Positions 60,801-64,000 of a DNA stretch of 64,000 bases are shown piece by piece (position 1 is the first letter of the stretch; each line of letters begins with the position of its first letter). The notes under the pieces were generated by a model. That model was not told the origin of the DNA. It saw only the letters and a list, made by a program, of their open reading frames with translations, and searched no databases. This DNA comes from Saccostrea cucullata (taxonomy: Eukaryota): NCBI RefSeq assembly GCF_032062105.1, contig NW_026939164.1, forward strand, positions 62,001 through 126,000. The letters run 5' to 3'. Both the position numbers and the translations under genes were made by a program.

Positions 60801-63701
60801 TCCTTTGAAATCATTCTAAAAAATACATGTATTAATGACAACGTTATGTAATACAACGAGTAGAAAGATCTGTGTATTTTCAATTACGTACATATCAACT
60901 GGACTACAACGTTATACAGTAGTTAATTTATAAATCAAATAACATAACACAAAATAATGCCCCATTTCATTGAAGAAAGTTGGTGGTTTACTCATTTCTC
61001 AATTGACTTTTGATGGAAACTCAAGATGAAAAGCATAAAGATTTATGTTCAAAGGGTCGCCCGGGTCTTGTATTTTGCGCATTGCGTAGACATTGATCGA
61101 CGAGACACAAATAACAGGAGGAAATAATAATTCTACCGCTGAACCTCTTACTTTGTAGTTTATAAAAGACTTTGGATATTTTTCATGAAAAAATATGTTA
61201 TCCTTCTAGCAAAATTTGCTTGTTGATTGAATCTAAGAGGCTTTGTGAATTAATGCAATTATGTCAAAGTCAATGAATAAAACATTTTTTTCTTTAATAA
61301 ATTCAGAACCTACTTTCCATGACTTGGTGGCACATATCCAGACGAGGTTTCCGGTTATACTAATTCATTTATTTTAACATTATTTATCAAAAGTCAAGGC
61401 CATTTAAAGGTTTTTGTAGACAAAAATGTCAAGGAAAACAGATCAGGATGAAAAATAAATTACATTTAGAAAAAAGCACAATCCGATCGTCATAATAAAA
61501 AAAATACATTGGGTCAGTTAATAGTGGTTCTCTAGATGGAAACATTTTTTGTTAACTTCTGGGAGTTGCAACCTTAGAGAAAAGCAATATAAGTGTATAC
61601 ATATTTTGATAAGCTCTCTCCAGTTTGAAGATCTCCTTGATTATCTTTTTGGATATTGTAGTTTGTTGCCCATCCTAATTGTCAACAACACATGACGACT
61701 CTCTGGTATGGATCAGAGATGAGCTTCCTCCAATCTTTAGGTCTTTGGAAACAACTTGCCTTCATTCTTCTATTTCTTCCATGTATTCCGTTCCTCTGTG
61801 TAGCATACGTCATTTTTCCAAACACCAAAGTAGGTACTTATGAATACATGTATATTTCTATTTAAATTAATTTTTAAGTAAAATGTCAGTTTTAATAACA
61901 TTAAGGATATCTACTCTTCAGCCAGGAATGAAAACATTTGAAATTAAAATCATCTTCTTAAAGGTCTCGAACTGAATCTTGGATTGGAATTATTTAATGC
62001 AACAATTTTTTTATTTCATGCACCTCAATATGATTCAAGAGTCTTTGTATCTTGAAAACCATCTTGTAAGAAGTTGACATTTGTATTCCAATAAAAGTAC
62101 AAACATGATATGAAATAAAAAGTGATCTGCTATCAATTTTATGCAATGCTAGTACAAGCTCTTTACATTGTGCATTATATAACAATATTGAAGTTAAGAG
62201 AAAAAAAAAATAAATCAGATAAATATGAAATATGTCAATTTCCTATGTATGATGCATATCTAGAATTTTGAAGAAATGCCACGGATTTTTGAATTCAGAG
62301 ATTTTATGTGAGTCTTTTAATTATTTAACTGCTGAATTTCAGAATCTGAGTATCGAAGTACCTTAAATGAAAGGCACGTAAATAATTTTAAAAGTATACG
62401 AAAGTTGAAAACTTATCATTTTGATTTTACATGAAGAAATAAAAAAATATTTTTTAAAAGATGTATTTAAATAAAAGGAGCAATTGTTGTATTGGCAACA
62501 TAAGATAAAATTAAGGTGATCTGAAAAGATAAAAGAATAAAAGTAACTTAAACTTAAGATATATTTGTAGATATATTGGCACTTTCCTTAATTTATAGTA
62601 CACCAGGATAACTTGTTCGCAAGGAACACACCAGTATATCTAAATACTTGACGCTCAAAGAACACAAATCAGTCCTAACCTATCGGACATATTTTGATAT
62701 GTGGAGGGTCCGAGTTGCTGATGTATTAACTTCGGTGTCTGTTTGGCGCGAGAGGCTAGATAGATCAAATAACTTGTCATCGTTTTATTTGCATTCGCAG
62801 AATTGTGAAATATTAATAATAACTGTATAGGCATACTCCTCTGGGGAAACATTTGGCCGTTTGCAGACAAAAATTATTTGCAATATTTTGAATTACTTCC
62901 CATTAAAATTGTAAAACAAAATTGAAAGGCAATGTTAATATGTTTAAATTCTTAAATCTTTTGAATGTATTTAAGATGTTTTACTAAGATCTGAATTAAA
63001 AGTATATAATATTTTTTACCATGTTTGATTTGTTACAGCCGGGAGAGGTCATGCGCTGCCCTGTGACAAAGTTCATCACGCATGCCACGTCACACATCTG
63101 CTTCCTCATCCTCCTGGCTGCTGCAACATTCCGCTTAACGGAGAGCGGCGTAACCATAACTTCCACCACAGATCTACATAATCCAACATACGAATCACTG
63201 TCCAAAGATGAAAAAATTATAAGTTTATTAAAAGAAACTTTAAGGCCTGCAAATACCTTATTGACTCATGTTCAACTATGTATTGTTTTCTGGATTTTAG
63301 GTAAATGAACCACAACAATTTGTTTTTATAAGGGGGTTTTGACCATAAATATTACAAGTGCTAATGTTATCATTTTATGTAAATGTTTTTGAAAGTCCCA
63401 ATTTTATGTAATATTTTGAATTAGTGATGGTACATGCCTAGAAGTTATTATTTTGAACAGTCTCGATATGAAATTTCTTACTCAGCCTCATTTTCTAATT
63501 GTAACATTTATGTTAACTGGATTCTTTCACGTTTGTGTTAACAGGATTATTGTGGATAGAATGCAAACAGCTCTACAGTACAGGATTGAAAGCCTATATC
63601 ACAGTTTACCAGAAGTTGATAGATTTCAGTGTGCTGTCAATGTACCTGGCTTCATATGTTCTCCGTTTCTTTACCGAGTATAGAATAGCACAGGCCGATA
63701 G
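30766..63701 (+). CDS. TRPC: TRPC-family (canonical TRP / TRP-gamma-like) cation channel, 3'-partial. join(30766-30830,[51953 or 52019]-52106,57517-58167,60608-60769,61662-61829,63039-63300,63545-63701,...)
   Basis: Ankyrin repeats (NVNCVDYMGRNALHLAI, ALLHAISKG, DITPLILAAHYNNHEIV), TRP_2 Zn motif KPHSISCKCTDC, SRSRLNAYRALASP..SSPDP, LARLKMAIRYQEKK|FVAHPNCQQ..LWY, then pre-S1/S1-S3 hydrophobic segments. All introns GT-AG and in phase. Confidence 0.9.
32164..32348. repeat. About 185-bp fold-back palindrome (MITE-like)
   Basis: AGATATTTATAGACTTATTTGGTTGCAAA..ATGCAGACTT..TAGTAAGATGTTC / GAACATCCTACTAG..AAGTCTGCAT..TTTGCAACCAAATAAGTCCATAAATATCT. Confidence 0.8.
36665..37380 (-). mobile_element. 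Penelope-like 3' fragment
   Basis: FRYMDD..DTIYPGELEIK (ORF 37228-37416) plus terminal repeat. Confidence 0.82.
39930..40675 (+). mobile_element. Penelope-like 3' fragment
   Basis: Homologous to 23498-24270; terminal motif at 40520-40630. Confidence 0.82.
44905..45530 (+). mobile_element. Penelope-like 3' fragment
   Basis: Decayed RT thumb region plus terminal motif at 45365-45470. Confidence 0.75.
45998..47337 (+). mobile_element. Full-length decayed mariner transposon (1340 bp)
   Basis: TA TSDs; 26-bp TIRs CGAGGGTCGTTCAATAAGTAATGCAA / TTGCATTATTTATTGAACGACCCTCG (1 mismatch). Transposase remnants: DET at about 46684, YSPDLAP-like at about 47043, C-terminal ..IPKDKY...F..WIQRL.. at 47136-47255. 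Confidence 0.85.
48308..48570. mobile_element. HINE-like end fragment
   Basis: AACAAGAGACCCCTGGGTCGGAAGACTCACCTGAG resembles termini of bivalve Helentron-derived repeats. Confidence 0.35.
48625..49360 (+). mobile_element. Highly decayed Penelope-like 3' fragment
   Basis: TATGAAGCAGAATTT, GGCCTTCAACTC and CACCTGCATATGG landmarks shared with other copies. Confidence 0.6.
50310..51165 (+). mobile_element. Penelope-like terminal repeat (50310-50480) followed by RT 3' fragment (50525-51165)
   Basis: CACGGCGGGTGTGA motif, then GTNC..P / YDAEFVQ..LAVA / DTTEPD..VSYLD / SFGKFYG segments. Confidence 0.78.
51953..52106 (+). CDS. TRPC: TRPC N-terminal exon (alternative acceptors 51953/52019; internal ATG 51957)
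   Basis: MSNKFLPCVVYNSPYNSPSHRGVDYGSADHKRASAMPSQGSLFTNFEEVQ|gtaaga; phase 0 joins LTDEERVYL at 57517. Confidence 0.75.
53085..53250 (-). mobile_element. Degenerate SINE (reverse orientation)
   Basis: Reverse complement of SINE 3' motifs (GAGAATTTTTTCACATATACTGAGACGTCA; TTATCGTGC). Confidence 0.5.
54835..54972 (+). mobile_element. Penelope-like terminal fragment
   Basis: CTCCTCCATGGCACCTGATCCCAACTCTGATGTTTTGGAGG..TTATCTCCATAT. Confidence 0.75.
55980..56155 (+). mobile_element. Degenerate SINE 5'/central part
   Basis: AGTGACTTTTCCTTCACTAAGCACC resembles 25086-25112; GGTCTTTCGACTCGAGACCT resembles about 1988-2007. Confidence 0.4.
56210..57450 (+). mobile_element. Penelope-like RT N-terminal relic, split by a palindromic insertion
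   Basis: IPKLLKNPDKQRYIAGSNKCSTK, SSVNQMWILKNS, YDFSTL(Y)|TTIPHDKFKSR, GNQVFQQSI. Confidence 0.8.
56732..57209. mobile_element. 478-bp fold-back element with about 210-bp inverted arms
   Basis: Outer about 90 bp of the arms are near-identical; internal 32-bp perfect palindrome at 57153-57184; removing the element restores the host RT frame. Confidence 0.88.
57517..58167 (+). CDS. TRPC: TRPC ankyrin/TRP_2 exon
   Basis: aatcag|LTDEERVYLNAASMGD...VEKEFK|gtgagt. Confidence 0.94.
59505..59600 (+). mobile_element. Penelope-like terminal fragment
   Basis: CAGGGGATGCTTACTCCTCCACGGCACCTGATCCCATCTCTAAC..TAGAGGTC. Confidence 0.7.
59990..60170 (-). mobile_element. Decayed Penelope-like terminal fragment
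   Basis: TACGGACTCCTGGA..GCCTAGGAGGAGTA. Confidence 0.55.
60608..60769 (+). CDS. TRPC: TRPC exon
   Basis: ttgcag|NEYLALLEQCMNFACELIDLCRGTQEV...LARLKMAIRYQEKK|gtgaaa. Confidence 0.92.
61662..61829 (+). CDS. TRPC: TRPC exon (pre-S1)
   Basis: tgtag|FVAHPNCQQHMTTLWYGSEMSFLQ...YVIFPNTK|gtaggt. Confidence 0.92.
63039..63300 (+). CDS. TRPC: TRPC exon (S1 region)
   Basis: ttacag|PGEVMRCPVTKFITHATSHICFLILL...IVFWIL(G)|gtaaat. Confidence 0.9.
63545..63701 (+). CDS. TRPC: TRPC exon (S2-S3 region)
   Basis: aacag|(G)LLWIECKQLYSTGLKAYITVYQKLIDFSVLSMYLASYVLRFFTEYRIAQAD(R)|gtaaat. Confidence 0.9.
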
Positions 63702-63939
63702 GTAAATTCTTGTGTGTGAAGCAGTGCTGTAAACAGTTAGTATATAAATTGAAACTGAAACACTATGGAATGATGAGATATCATGAATTTTGTGGGTACC
63801 CCTCATTGAATTAGGATTACAAAGTCATATTTCCTTTTGTTTGTATATTAGAGAATTCACGAAATCACGTCCCAACAAACCTGTAAAATTTAAGCAATCC
63901 ACGAAAAATCGTCTTCTACGAATTCAATGAAACATAGAA

Positions 63940-64000
63940 ATAAAATGGAGATATCGAACAGTATTCAAGATCAAAAGTCCATAAAACAATACAAAATAGG
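63940..64000 (-). mobile_element. Penelope-like 3' end (continues beyond window)
   Basis: ATGGAGATATCGAACAGTATTCAAGATCAAAAGTCCATAAAACAATACAAAATAGG matches 36674-36730. Confidence 0.7.

Overview
AT-rich eukaryotic genomic DNA, most likely a bivalve mollusc such as an oyster (inferred from the gene families and repeat content). Three spliced genes lie in tandem on the + strand. (1) Coding exons 2-9 of a heterotrimeric G-protein alpha subunit of the Gv class (gnav1-like), 7018-14540; exon 1 is upstream of the window. (2) A complete 4-exon HSPA12-type atypical Hsp70 of about 588 aa, 18458-27944, with a GC-AG intron. (3) The 5' part of a TRPC-family channel, running from a probable distal first exon at 30766 through 63701 and continuing past the window. 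Introns and intergenic DNA are full of transposon relics: about 15 fragments of a Penelope-like retroelement whose RT ends the ORF (Naiad-like) and whose 3' end folds into a conserved multi-stem structure, tRNA-derived SINEs, a full-length decayed mariner, a Helentron-type (HINE) element, and several MITEs and fold-back palindromes. CpG is visibly depleted over the Gv gene and more frequent downstream of about 16-17 kb, suggesting a gene-body methylation boundary. All calls were made by manual reading; no database searches were run.
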